A stretch of DNA of 64,000 nucleotides. Source: Acidobacteriota bacterium. Lineage in GTDB: Bacteria > Acidobacteriota > CAIWXX01. Location of the stretch: assembly GCA_040755995.1 (NCBI GenBank), contig JBFMAF010000026.1, forward strand, positions 130,360-194,359, given 5' to 3'. Within the stretch, counting starts at the first letter, position 1. Every line of letters begins with the position of its first letter. The notes beneath the pieces were generated by a model, which was not told the origin of the DNA, made no database searches, and saw only the letters and a list, made by a program, of their open reading frames with translations. Shown here in pieces: positions 54,666 to 64,000 of the stretch. Made by a program: the position numbers and the translations under genes.

Positions 54666-57368
54666 ATGGCCCTACTTGATCTGTTTCGCTCGAAGCCGGA
54701 GTGGGAACACCCGGACGTCACGATCCGTTCGAATGCCGTGCGCCGGCTGGGCGCCGACCGCGTCGACCTTCTGACCTCGATCGCGCGCCAGGACAAGGAC
54801 GCCTCGGTGCGATTGATCGCCCTGAGGAAGCTGAGCGACGCAGATGTCATCGCCCAGGTCGCTCGAAGCGATGCCGACCAGGAGGTGCGCGACGAGGCCG
54901 CCGAGATGCTAGTGACTGCGGCGAAGCAAGACAAGGAAGGCGCTGTGGCCCAGGTCGCCATGGCTGCGCTCACCGAGCCGCGGCATCTGGCCGCGGTAGC
55001 GAAAGGTGCGCGCCTGGAGGCCGTGGGGCGGGCGGCCCTCTCACTACTCACGGACGCACGAGTCCTGGCCTCGATCGCTAGGAATGCCGAGTTCCCGTCG
55101 CTGAGAGCGGAGGCGGTCGAGCGAATCGATGAAGCCGAACTGCTCGCGGACCTGGCGCTCCGCTGCGAGCACAAGGAAGTCGCCGTAGCGGCTGCCGAGC
55201 GAATCACAGATCGCGAGACCATTCTGTCCATCTCGGAGCGTGCAAAGTGCAAGGCGGCTTCGCGCCGAGCTGCGGCAATTCTGGCCGATCTGGCGGCTTC
55301 CGAGACACCTGCCCCGGAGCCGGCCGTTGCTGAGACCGAGGTCGCAACAGCTTCTCCAGCACCCGCGCTGCCGATCCCGCCGGTCGAGCCGCCCGTGACC
55401 CCTCCTGCGGCTCCGGACCACACGCATGACATCGCCTTGCGCGAATCGCTTTGCCAGACCGTGGAGTCGCTGGACGGCGATCGGGCGATGCAGGGGCTCG
55501 AGGATGCCCGCGGCCTGTGGGCTCAGCTCTCGGCCCTCGCCGGGGCGGAGGGAGAGGAGCTGGAGAGGCGTTTTGTTCGCGCCTGCGAGGCATGCCGGAA
55601 ACGGATCGAAAGCCGTGCGGCGGCGGCCGAGAGACAGGCCCGCGCCGAGGCGATCTGCAACGGGGCCGCGCAGGCGGTCGAGATGGCCGAGCTGGAGGAG
55701 GCCAGGAGGCAGTGGGCCGGCATTCAGAGGAAGTTCGCCGAATTGGGCAAGGGAGTTGACGCTGCGCTGCAGGCTCGATTCGATCAGGCTGCGGCGCGGC
55801 TGCAGGCGAGGGAGGCGGAGGAGCAGGAGCGACTGGCGCAGGCAGCGCGCGAGAACCTGGCACAGCGCCAGGATCTGGCCGCGCGACTCGATGCGCTGGC
55901 GAGCTCGGAGGCGCTGTCGCTGAAGGATGCCGACCGCTGCCTGCGCGAAGCCAAGGCCGCCGCCGACAATCTCGGGCCGCTCCCATCACAACAGGATCGC
56001 GACGCCCTGCTTGGGCGATTCGACCACATCCGCAAGGTGGTGCACCCGCGTTTGCAGCAGCTCCGCGAGGACGAGAACTGGAAGCGCTGGGCCAACCTCG
56101 GGATACAAGAGGACCTCTGCAAGCGCACCGAGGCGCTGCGGGAAAAGGAGGATCTGGAGCAGATCGCGCAGGAGCTGCGCGAGATCGATCGGCTGTGGAA
56201 GGAGTCGAGCCAGGTCCCGAAGGAAGAGGGGGACGTGCTGTGGGCGCGGTTCCAGTCGGTGCGCAACGAGTTGCGCGCGAGGCTCGATGAGCATTTCGCG
56301 CGGAAGCTGGCCGAGCAGACCCGGAATATGGAGTTGAAGGTGGCTCTGTGTGAACGGGCGGAAGCGCTGGCCGATTCGACCGACTGGATAAGGACGGCCG
56401 ATGCACTCAAGCAGCTCCAGGCCGAATGGAAGACGATCGGGCCGGTCCCGCAGAAGGACGCGAAGGTGATCTGGGAACGCTTCCGCAGGGCCTGCGATCG
56501 GTTCTTCGAGCGCCGAAAGGTGGATCGGCGGCAGCGGAGTGAGACGTGGGCGGAGAACCTGAAGCACAAGGAGAAGCTGTGCGAGCAGGCGGAGGCGCTG
56601 GCCGATTCTTCGGAGTGGGAGAAGACGGCCGGCGAATTCAAGAGGCTGCAGGCGGAATGGAAGACTGTGGGCCCCGTCCGCAAGAAGCACTCGGATGCGA
56701 TCTGGGCGCGATTCAGGCAGTCGTGCGATCGCTTTTTCGATCGATACAAGCACCGCGGCGACCTGGAGCTGGCAGCCAGAAGCGAGTCTTTTGCGAAGAC
56801 GTGCGCAGAACTGGAGGGGCTCATTCCCGGCCCCGACAGCGCGCAGAAGTTGGAGCCGCCCGCGGATCTGGTCGAAAGGGTTCGCGGGGCCGTGGCGCAC
56901 TGGCACCAGCTTGACCGCCCGCTCCAGACCGATGATTGGGCGCAGAGGCTGACCGAGCTGGTGGCCCGGCTGAGCCGGGCCCATCCCGGGGTGCTCGACG
57001 GCACCGACCTCACACCGGAGGGCGCGCAGAGGCGAATGGAGAAGCTTTGCGCGCGAGTGGAGTCGATCGTGAGCAGCGTCGAGCCGATATCGAGCAGCGC
57101 CGAGGATGGAGCCGCCTTCGCCGAGCGCCTGCGGAACGCGCTGGCCGACAACACGCTCGGCGTCGGAGGCTCGCGTGAGGGCCGGTGGCAGGCGGCGCGG
57201 AAGGACGTGGAGGCTGCCCAGATGACCTGGAAGCGCCTCATGCCGCTGCACACCGAAGCGAGCAACGCCCTTCGTGAGCGCTTCTACAAAGCCTGCAACC
57301 GGTTCTTCGAGCTGCGCCCGGCGGCCCCCCCTCGCCGGCCGCCACGCCACGACACGGGCACGCGGTAG
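54666..57368 (+). CDS. DUF349-domain protein with N-terminal HEAT-like repeats
   Basis: Repeated K..LCE.AEALA...W..LQAEWK.IGPVP..IW.RF..ACDRFF units; N-terminal W.HPD..VR..A repeats. Confidence 0.85.
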   Translation: MALLDLFRSKPEWEHPDVTIRSNAVRRLGADRVDLLTSIARQDKDASVRLIALRKLSDADVIAQVARSDADQEVRDEAAEMLVTAAKQDKEGAVAQVAMAALTEPRHLAAVAKGARLEAVGRAALSLLTDARVLASIARNAEFPSLRAEAVERIDEAELLADLALRCEHKEVAVAAAERITDRETILSISERAKCKAASRRAAAILADLAASETPAPEPAVAETEVATASPAPALPIPPVEPPVTPPAAPDHTHDIALRESLCQTVESLDGDRAMQGLEDARGLWAQLSALAGAEGEELERRFVRACEACRKRIESRAAAAERQARAEAICNGAAQAVEMAELEEARRQWAGIQRKFAELGKGVDAALQARFDQAAARLQAREAEEQERLAQAARENLAQRQDLAARLDALASSEALSLKDADRCLREAKAAADNLGPLPSQQDRDALLGRFDHIRKVVHPRLQQLREDENWKRWANLGIQEDLCKRTEALREKEDLEQIAQELREIDRLWKESSQVPKEEGDVLWARFQSVRNELRARLDEHFARKLAEQTRNMELKVALCERAEALADSTDWIRTADALKQLQAEWKTIGPVPQKDAKVIWERFRRACDRFFERRKVDRRQRSETWAENLKHKEKLCEQAEALADSSEWEKTAGEFKRLQAEWKTVGPVRKKHSDAIWARFRQSCDRFFDRYKHRGDLELAARSESFAKTCAELEGLIPGPDSAQKLEPPADLVERVRGAVAHWHQLDRPLQTDDWAQRLTELVARLSRAHPGVLDGTDLTPEGAQRRMEKLCARVESIVSSVEPISSSAEDGAAFAERLRNALADNTLGVGGSREGRWQAARKDVEAAQMTWKRLMPLHTEASNALRERFYKACNRFFELRPAAPPRRPPRHDTGTR

Positions 57369-57469
57369 CCTGCGCCGAACCGCTGGTTTTATCTACGTCC
57401 GTAGTAATCGCGGGGCTGCCATGCTGGACGCAGCCCGATTCCCCGGATTCGCGATTGGAGAAGGCACGG

Positions 57470-59860
57470 CTACATTGCGGATCCGCCGATGCGCTGGCTG
57501 ATCGTGCCGATGGAGCCGATGTGAACCGCGAAGGTGATGGACTTCTCGAATGGGTTGTCCCTCGTCGACGTGGCAGGGTTCTTGTACCGGGTGGCCACGA
57601 CCTCGATACCCCAGCACTGGAAGCTCTGACTCCACCTCAAGTTCACATTCTGGAGTTTCTCATTCTCGAAGGACGGTGTATACACCAGGTTGCCATCGAG
57701 CCGGAATCCGATGCGCTTGATCCCGAAACCCCCTGTGAGGCCATAGCTATCGCTGCCTACTTTCTGCGCCTTCAGGTTGTTGTCCCGCGCCCAGCTCAGG
57801 TTGAAGTTGAAAGCGTCTCCTTGAATCAGGTTCAGATTCAGCTGGTGTCTCTCAAACCCGCTCAGATTGAAGTCGAAAGATGTTCTGTATGAGAAGTTGA
57901 CGTAGGGCTGGAGCCTGAATGTAAGGTCTGATGACAGGGCGGTGAAGCGAACGTGGTTGCCGGTGTCGGGATCAACTACTTCTGATGTGGGCCGGTATTG
58001 CTGCCTCAGCGTCCACCTGACGATGTCGACCGGGCTGGGCTCCATTCCGGGCACCAGCGCGCGCTTGCCCCAGAGCGTGTTCGTAAGCTGGTAGGTGATG
58101 ACCCGTTGGCCGCCGCCGATATCGTCCCTGGCGGCCCTGAGTATCTGCGCCTGCTTCACGGGGTCGTACTTGGTGTCATAGTCGAATTGGAAGAACGGTT
58201 CAATGGAGTGTTTCCACTTCTTCGAGAAGCTCGATTCGGGTGTGGAGAAGATGCGGTTGAAATTCGGCCCGAAGACTTGAACGCTGGCGATGAAGGTATT
58301 CCGGAACAGCGAATTGCCGCTGAGTGTATTCGTGTATGGCAGATAGCTGTCGTTCCACCAGGTTCCGGAGTACTTGGCAGTCGGGTTGAAGGTGATCCAG
58401 GGCAGGGTGGCGATGGGGTAAGAGATCGCCGGCGTCCATTGGGCTCTTGCATAATCGATCAGAGGAGTTATGGTCTCGACGTTGTTCAGACTGCGGTAAA
58501 AACGCTTGTAGGACCTGTAGCCCAGGTAGGCGGCGCTCCCCGAAAATAGCAATCCAGTTCCTCGTAGCTCTTGTTGATTGTGGGTCAGGCTGAGGTCGGG
58601 GAAGTAGCTGCTGGTCGAGGAGGTCTCCTCATACCAGACCTTCTTCTTCTTCCCTTTCTTGCCGTTGTCCTTCCAGTCGATGTCTGCCAACGCTTCATCT
58701 CGGCGCAACTGGAGATTGACGGAATCGTATGTGAAGTTCTTGGAGAAGAACGTGGAGGACGACTTACGTGGGTCGGACAGGTTGTAGAAGTTATTGCCGT
58801 ATACCCACTTGAATGCCTGGCTTGTCATGAGCAAGATGTCCGTCGAGTTGGTGATCCCGAACGGCAGCGCCTGCTGGTGCCTGAGACCGAGAAAGTAGCC
58901 CTTGAGGTTGCTGGCGGCCCTCCCCTTTTGACCTGTTTGCGTCGTGATCTCCTCATCGCCCTTCTCGAATGTCTTGAACAAGTTCAGCTGGCCGAAGCTG
59001 TTCGGGAAGATGTACCGGTACTCGCCTTCGGCTCCCTGCCCCATTTCCGAGTAGTACCGGTATGCGAAGGTGGCGTCCTGGCTTCGGTTGATTGCCCAGA
59101 AGAAGGCCTCGCCGAAAAACGTTCCCTTGATGGACGAGTGCCCGTAGTTGGGCAGCAGGAAGCCGGTTGCCCGGTCGTCATCGGGGGTGGGATAGCGCAT
59201 ATAGGGGAGGTAGAAGATCGGCGCGGACTTCACCTTGAAGATGGCGTTTCGCAGCGTCACGTGATCGTCCATCTCCATGTCGGCGCTGCTGGAGCTGATC
59301 TCCCAGCGCGGGTTCGGCTGGGTGCAGGACGTGAACCGGCCCCCCTTGGACTTGTACTTTCTCTCGTCGTATTTCTCGACCTGGTTGGCGGTGAAATGTA
59401 GATCGGGCGGGGCTGTACCGCTCGCGTCGAACATGACTCCGTGGTTCGTCTTCAGGCTGAAGACAAACCTCTCTCCGGCGAGCCGCTCATTCTTGTCCTG
59501 GAGAATCACGTTGCCGGTAGCCTCGATCTCCTGAGTCTTCGTGTCGTAGTGCAGCAGGTCGCATTGCAGCCTGTACTGCTCGTAAGTGAGATCGACGTAG
59601 TTCCGGGCGATCACGAAGTCCTTGCCCTTCTCCTGGTATCCTGCGACGATGCGCGGCAAAGTGGGTGAGGTGGGCGGCTGCAGTGGCGCCGGAGGGGCCG
59701 ACGGCGGCGGAGTCGCGGGACGCTCAGCCGGAGGGGCCGTCTCTTCGGTTTTAGCCGGCGGTGCCGGCTCATCCTTCTGACTCTTCGGCTCCTCCTGGGC
59801 CCGTACAACCTGCACGGCCAAACAGAGTGAGAACGCCATGCCGATCATCTGCTCTCTCAT
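57470..59860 (-). CDS. lptD: LPS-assembly outer-membrane protein LptD (copy A)
   Basis: Signal peptide, Pro-rich linker, ATGNV..GGRFTSC..PRW..YLPY..RATGFLLP..G..FFWAI, C-terminal QCW barrel strand. Confidence 0.88.
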   Translation of the reverse strand: MREQMIGMAFSLCLAVQVVRAQEEPKSQKDEPAPPAKTEETAPPAERPATPPPSAPPAPLQPPTSPTLPRIVAGYQEKGKDFVIARNYVDLTYEQYRLQCDLLHYDTKTQEIEATGNVILQDKNERLAGERFVFSLKTNHGVMFDASGTAPPDLHFTANQVEKYDERKYKSKGGRFTSCTQPNPRWEISSSSADMEMDDHVTLRNAIFKVKSAPIFYLPYMRYPTPDDDRATGFLLPNYGHSSIKGTFFGEAFFWAINRSQDATFAYRYYSEMGQGAEGEYRYIFPNSFGQLNLFKTFEKGDEEITTQTGQKGRAASNLKGYFLGLRHQQALPFGITNSTDILLMTSQAFKWVYGNNFYNLSDPRKSSSTFFSKNFTYDSVNLQLRRDEALADIDWKDNGKKGKKKKVWYEETSSTSSYFPDLSLTHNQQELRGTGLLFSGSAAYLGYRSYKRFYRSLNNVETITPLIDYARAQWTPAISYPIATLPWITFNPTAKYSGTWWNDSYLPYTNTLSGNSLFRNTFIASVQVFGPNFNRIFSTPESSFSKKWKHSIEPFFQFDYDTKYDPVKQAQILRAARDDIGGGQRVITYQLTNTLWGKRALVPGMEPSPVDIVRWTLRQQYRPTSEVVDPDTGNHVRFTALSSDLTFRLQPYVNFSYRTSFDFNLSGFERHQLNLNLIQGDAFNFNLSWARDNNLKAQKVGSDSYGLTGGFGIKRIGFRLDGNLVYTPSFENEKLQNVNLRWSQSFQCWGIEVVATRYKNPATSTRDNPFEKSITFAVHIGSIGTISQRIGGSAM

Positions 59861-60085
59861 GCACGATTCCCCATGCTAGGCTCAACTGACTTCACCGCCG
59901 TCCTCCAGACGATCACGATGCCCTGGCTTCTTCACACGTCGCTACAAGCGTGGGTGCACGACCCGGTCAAACCCTTCTACGGCGAATTGGAGGCCTCGAG
60001 TGGAGAACTGGTTTAGCCGTGGCGACTCGAATCCTTGGCCGGAGGCACGGTGCTCCCTGTCAAGCCACCACTGTACCGTCGCCCT

Positions 60086-60113
60086 CCAGATCTGAAATCT
60101 GAGATCTGAATTC
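60086..60113. repeat. Heptamer array (AGATCTG-like)
   Basis: ccagatc tgaaatc tgagatc tgaattc. Confidence 0.65.
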
Positions 60114-60295
60114 GGCTGGCCCGCCTACTTGCCCTGGTCGAATTCTGCGGTCTCGTCGATCCGCGCCCCGACTGCCGGAGGGGCCATGTACCTTTCGCTG
60201 ATCAAGCCGGCGAGCCTCTTTATGACCTCCTGCCCACGCTCTCTCGCATACGGCTTCGCGGGCCGGACGCAGGAGGTATCTTCGGGATCGCCCGC

Positions 60296-62707
60296 CTACA
60301 TGGTGGCTCCACCGATGCGCTGGCTGATCGTGCCGATGGAGCCGATGTGAACCGCGAAGGTGATGGACTTCTCGAATGGGTTGTCCCTCGTCGACGTGGC
60401 AGGGTTCTTGTACCGGGTGGCCACGACCTCGATACCCCAGCACTGGAAGCTCTGACTCCACCTCAAGTTCACATTCTGGAGTTTCTCATTCTCGAAGGAC
60501 GGTGTGTACACCAGGTTGCCATCGAGCCGGAATCCGATGCGCTTGATCCCGAAACCCCCTGTGAGGCCATAGCTATCGCTGCCTACTTTCTGCGCCTTCA
60601 GGTTGTTGTCGCGGGACCAGCTCAGGTTGAAGCTGAACGAGTCGCTTCGAGTCAGGTTTAGATTCAGCTGGTGTGATGAAAACCCTGCATAGTTGACATC
60701 GAAAGATGTCCTGTACGAGAAGTTGACATATGGCTGCAACCTGAAGGTAAGGTCGGATGTCAGCGGCGTGAATCGGAGGTGATGCCCGGTGTCGGGATCG
60801 ACGATATCCACCGCGGGCAGATAGGATTGCCTTAGCGTCCACCTCACGATGTCGACAGGGCTGGGCTCCATTCCGGGCACCAGCGCGCGCTTGCCCCAGA
60901 GCGTGTTCGTAAGCTGGTAGGTGATGACCCGTTGGCCGTAACCGATCGAGTCTCTGGCGGAGAGGAGCACCTGCGCCTGCTTCACCGGATCGTACTTGGT
61001 GTCGTAGTCGAACTGGAAGAACGGTTCGATCGAGTGCTTCCACTTCTTGGAGAAACTCGATTCGGGTGTGGAGAAGATGCGGTTGAAATTGGGTCCGAAG
61101 ACCTGAACACTGGCGATGAAAGTGTTGCGGAAGAGGGAGCTGCCGCTGAGCGTGGTAGTGTACGGCAGGTAGCTGTCGTTCCACCAGGTCCCGGAGTACT
61201 TGGCCGTCGGGTTGAAGGTGATCCAGGGTACCGCGGTGATGGGGTAGGAGATGGCTGGTGTCCACTGGGCCTTCGAGTAGTCGGCTATGGGCCCTATCTT
61301 CTCCGAGTTGTCAGCGGTGTTGATCGATCGAGAGTATGTCCGGTATCCCAGGAAGGATGCGTTTCCGAACAACAGCAGCCCAGTCTCCCCCATCTCCTGT
61401 TGGTTGTGAGTTAGCGCCAGGTCCGGGAAATAGGCGCTCACTACCGAGTCTTCGGTGTACCATCTCTTCCACTTCGGTTTCCTAGGTGTGCCGACGTTGA
61501 TCTTGTGTTCGGTGAGACCCCTGAGGGCCTCGTCCCTGCGTAGTTGCAAGTTGATCGAATCGTATGTGAAGTTCTTCGAGAAGAACGTTGAAGATGACTT
61601 GCGCGGATCGGCGAGGTTGTAGAAATTGTTTCCATATATCCACTTGAACGCCTGGCTGGTCATGATCAAGACGTCCGTGGAATTTGTGATGTCGAAGGGA
61701 AGGGTCTGCTGGTGCTTGATGCCCAAGAAGTAGCCTTCCAGGTTGTTGGCGGCAGTTCCCCTCTGGCCAGCTCCTGCCGGTATCTCCTCCCCGCCCTTCT
61801 GAAAGGCTTTGAAGAAGTTCAGTTGGCCGAAGGCGTTCGGCAAGATGTATCGGTACTCGCCTTCCGCTCCCTGCCCCATTTCGGAGAAATAGCGATACGC
61901 AAACGTTGCGTCCTGGCTCCGGTTGATCGCCCAGAAGAAAGCTTCGCCGAAGAACGTCCCCTTGATGGACGAGTGGCCGTAGTTGGGCAGCAAGAAGCCG
62001 GTGGCACGGTCGTCATCCGGGGTGGGATAGCGCATGTAGGGGAGGTAGAAGATCGGCGCGGACTTCACCCTGAAGATGGCGTTTCGCAGCGTCACGTGAT
62101 CGTCCATCTCCATGTCGGCGCTGCTGGAGCTGATCTCCCAGCGCGGGTTCGGCTGGGTGCAGGACGTGAACCGGCCCCCCTTGGACTTGTACTTTCGCTC
62201 GTCGTATTTCTCGACCTGGTTGGCGGTGAAATGTAGATCGGGCGGGGCTGTACCGCTGGCGTCGAACATGACTCCGTGGTTCGTCTTCAGGCTGAAGACA
62301 AATCTCTCTCCGGCGAGCCGCTCATTCTTGTCCTGGAGAATCACGTTGCCGGTGGCCTCGATCTCCTGAGTCTTCGTGTCGTAGTGCAACAGGTCGCATT
62401 GCAGCCTGTATTGCTCGTAGGTGAAATCGACGTAGTTGCGGGCGATCACGAAGTCCTTGCCCTTCTCCTGATATCCTGCGACGATGCGCGGCAGGGCGGG
62501 CGAGGTCGGCGGCTGGATCGGCGTTGGAGGGGCCGGTGGCGGAGTCGACGGCGGCGGAGTGGCCGGAGGCGAAGTCGGGGGGGCGGCCTCTTCTGTCTTA
62601 GCCGGCTGCGCCGGCTCATCCTTCTGACTCTTCGGCTCCTCCTCGGCCCGTGCTACCTGCCCGACCAGGTAGAACGCGAACGCAATCCCGAACATCAGCT
62701 GTTTCAT
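60296..62707 (-). CDS. lptD: LPS-assembly outer-membrane protein LptD (copy B)
   Basis: Same motifs as copy A; ATG 62707 chosen by alignment with copy A and a GGAG RBS. Confidence 0.88.
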   Translation of the reverse strand: MKQLMFGIAFAFYLVGQVARAEEEPKSQKDEPAQPAKTEEAAPPTSPPATPPPSTPPPAPPTPIQPPTSPALPRIVAGYQEKGKDFVIARNYVDFTYEQYRLQCDLLHYDTKTQEIEATGNVILQDKNERLAGERFVFSLKTNHGVMFDASGTAPPDLHFTANQVEKYDERKYKSKGGRFTSCTQPNPRWEISSSSADMEMDDHVTLRNAIFRVKSAPIFYLPYMRYPTPDDDRATGFLLPNYGHSSIKGTFFGEAFFWAINRSQDATFAYRYFSEMGQGAEGEYRYILPNAFGQLNFFKAFQKGGEEIPAGAGQRGTAANNLEGYFLGIKHQQTLPFDITNSTDVLIMTSQAFKWIYGNNFYNLADPRKSSSTFFSKNFTYDSINLQLRRDEALRGLTEHKINVGTPRKPKWKRWYTEDSVVSAYFPDLALTHNQQEMGETGLLLFGNASFLGYRTYSRSINTADNSEKIGPIADYSKAQWTPAISYPITAVPWITFNPTAKYSGTWWNDSYLPYTTTLSGSSLFRNTFIASVQVFGPNFNRIFSTPESSFSKKWKHSIEPFFQFDYDTKYDPVKQAQVLLSARDSIGYGQRVITYQLTNTLWGKRALVPGMEPSPVDIVRWTLRQSYLPAVDIVDPDTGHHLRFTPLTSDLTFRLQPYVNFSYRTSFDVNYAGFSSHQLNLNLTRSDSFSFNLSWSRDNNLKAQKVGSDSYGLTGGFGIKRIGFRLDGNLVYTPSFENEKLQNVNLRWSQSFQCWGIEVVATRYKNPATSTRDNPFEKSITFAVHIGSIGTISQRIGGATM

Positions 62708-62931
62708 CCCAGATTCTCCATGCATGACTCAACCAGGTCCAAACCCGACTTCCAACAACTGCGACAAGCGATCATCATGCCCAAGCTTCTTCACACGCCG
62801 ACACTAACATGGGTGCACGACCCACGCAAGCTTAGACGCCCCGAGGAGCGAGTCGGTTTAGCCTCGGATGGTCGGATCGCACTGCACTGACGCCGCGTTT
62901 GCTGCTGACCTGCGCCCGCCAAGATGCAGCG

Positions 62932-63702
62932 TCAGCGCCGATGACGGCTGCCGAGTTGCATAGATGTACGGCTCGTCGGTGCGCGAGCGACGCGCCTGGG
63001 CAGGCGGTTCTTCGACGGACCGTCTCTCACGCGAGCCAGGTCCAGAGACCTGTATACCAGAACATCTTGGGCCTTGGCGTGTGCGGCCACATCCGGCGTC
63101 AGGTAGTACGTAACTATCACTCGAATCTGCGGTTTCGGAGAGAGCTCGTTCGCGAATCGGTCGCATGTCTCGATGAAACGATCCACGTCCCGCTTCCAAA
63201 GCTGACTCTTCGCTTGGCCCAGCACCACAACCTCAGATCCGTTCCGCTTCGCTTCGCCCCAGATGTTGACCTCCAGCTCCCTCCCCGCAGCGAGCTGGAA
63301 GAACCGCCTGTCGAGCGGCGATGAGAGCTCAATACCTCTGTCCCCGCGGAGGAGCCCCGGGAGCGCCAGGCACGCCTCGTCCTCCAGGCGATACCCCACG
63401 GTGTGTGATAGGGCGCCGACCTGATCGCATAGCCGGTCGTGACTCGTGATGAGCCGCTCGAGCCGCTCTTCAGTCCGCTTCTGAGCTTCCGCGAGCTCAC
63501 CCATGCGACGGGCCAGTTGACCGACGTTCTCATCGGTCCGTCTTTGCGCCTCCGCCAGCTCGCGGATTGCGTCTCGCACCTCCAGAACGTCTGTCTTAGT
63601 CGCCGTCTGGGCGGCCTCCTCCCTCACGATCTCAAACGCATGGATCAGCGGGAGGCGGAATTGCTCGGGCAGCGGCGAGAGCACTTCGAAGAGCTGAACC
63701 AT
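62932..63702 (-). CDS. Heptad coiled-coil protein with C-terminal PD-(D/E)XK-like domain
   Basis: ELAEAQRRTD/ELAEAQKRTE heptads, VGYRLED, EVNIWG..VLGQAKS. Confidence 0.7.
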   Translation of the reverse strand: MVQLFEVLSPLPEQFRLPLIHAFEIVREEAAQTATKTDVLEVRDAIRELAEAQRRTDENVGQLARRMGELAEAQKRTEERLERLITSHDRLCDQVGALSHTVGYRLEDEACLALPGLLRGDRGIELSSPLDRRFFQLAAGRELEVNIWGEAKRNGSEVVVLGQAKSQLWKRDVDRFIETCDRFANELSPKPQIRVIVTYYLTPDVAAHAKAQDVLVYRSLDLARVRDGPSKNRLPRRVARAPTSRTSMQLGSRHRR

Positions 63703-63776
63703 GCGTCAATCATACAGACTAGCGAGGCTGCGCCTCAGACCCACGAGGCATGTCACGGTTGGAGCGGCGCAGCCTC

Positions 63777-63811
63777 GCGTCGAGAGTCGACAGTCGAGAG
63801 TTGGGAGTGAC
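63777..63811. repeat. Heptamer array (GAGTCGA-like)
   Basis: gcgtcga gagtcga cagtcga gagttgg gagtga. Confidence 0.65.
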
Positions 63812-63892
63812 TACCGTGGGAATTCAGAGCGAATGACGCGACGTGGCAAACTTGGCTCAATCGCAACATCTTCTTCCCCTGAAGCCCGCTAT

Positions 63893-63922
63893 GCTTTTTC
63901 CGCGCCTTGGCGCGGAAAAAGC
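63893..63922. repeat. Perfect 14-bp inverted repeat
   Basis: GCTTTTTCCGCGCC-TT-GGCGCGGAAAAAGC. Confidence 0.75.
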
Positions 63923-64000
63923 GGCTCGCTGCGCTCGCCGGCGCTGCGTGCCGAGTGATGGTGGACCCGGCCTCTTCTTGATGTCCAGGCCCGGTGGTTG

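Noticed and set aside
63893..63922. Intrinsic terminator
   Set aside because: The U-tract lies 5' of the stem on both strands, so it is kept only as an inverted repeat.
1..64000. rRNA, tRNA, transposase, integrase or prophage genes
   Set aside because: None recognised by eye; a covariance-model scan would be needed to exclude small RNAs.

Overview
GC-rich, diderm (LptD-encoding) anaerobic bacterial DNA. Lineage cannot be fixed from sequence alone; the gene content is reminiscent of anaerobic Acidobacteriota or Desulfobacterota (inference). Layout: (1) 1-12.8 kb holds the 3' part of lon, a sigma-54 two-component pair, a PEP-synthase-family protein without its catalytic core, and a GntR-CBS-SLC13-LCIB/theta-carbonic-anhydrase-like-ArsB/NhaD cluster, followed by an unusual REC-repeat-Cys4-repeat-REC regulator with a clear sigma-54 promoter. 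(2) 13-21.5 kb holds a secreted Kelch/Ig protein, a CadC-like wHTH-TM-beta-propeller regulator, an MNT gene with a truncated HEPN partner, and a second sigma-54 two-component pair. (3) 21.6-51.2 kb is a co-directional energy-metabolism island: hdrC-hdrB-hdrA(N-half), the DRTGG/kinase/[FeFe]-like/PHP-HATPase cassette normally found before HydABC-type hydrogenases, nuoE-Trx ferredoxin-nuoF, a HydA/NuoG-N-terminus fused to the HdrA C-half, mvhDGA plus protease, a GAF protein, an FdhF-like protein lacking active-site residues, AsrA/B-like subunits, and a complete group 4 (Hyc/Hyf-like) membrane [NiFe]-hydrogenase. (4) 51-64 kb holds a two-component pair, an orphan compact IorA-like TPP enzyme, a DUF349 protein, two tandem mosaic lptD paralogues and a coiled-coil PD-(D/E)XK-like gene. 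Many gene junctions carry short 6-8-bp tandem-repeat arrays. Top candidate for a novel system: an HdrA split inside its inserted ferredoxin, with the C-half fused to a HydA-type Fe-S arm, which would join a HydBC-type NAD(H) module, HdrABC and an Mvh hydrogenase in one complex. All calls come from motif reading; no searches were run.
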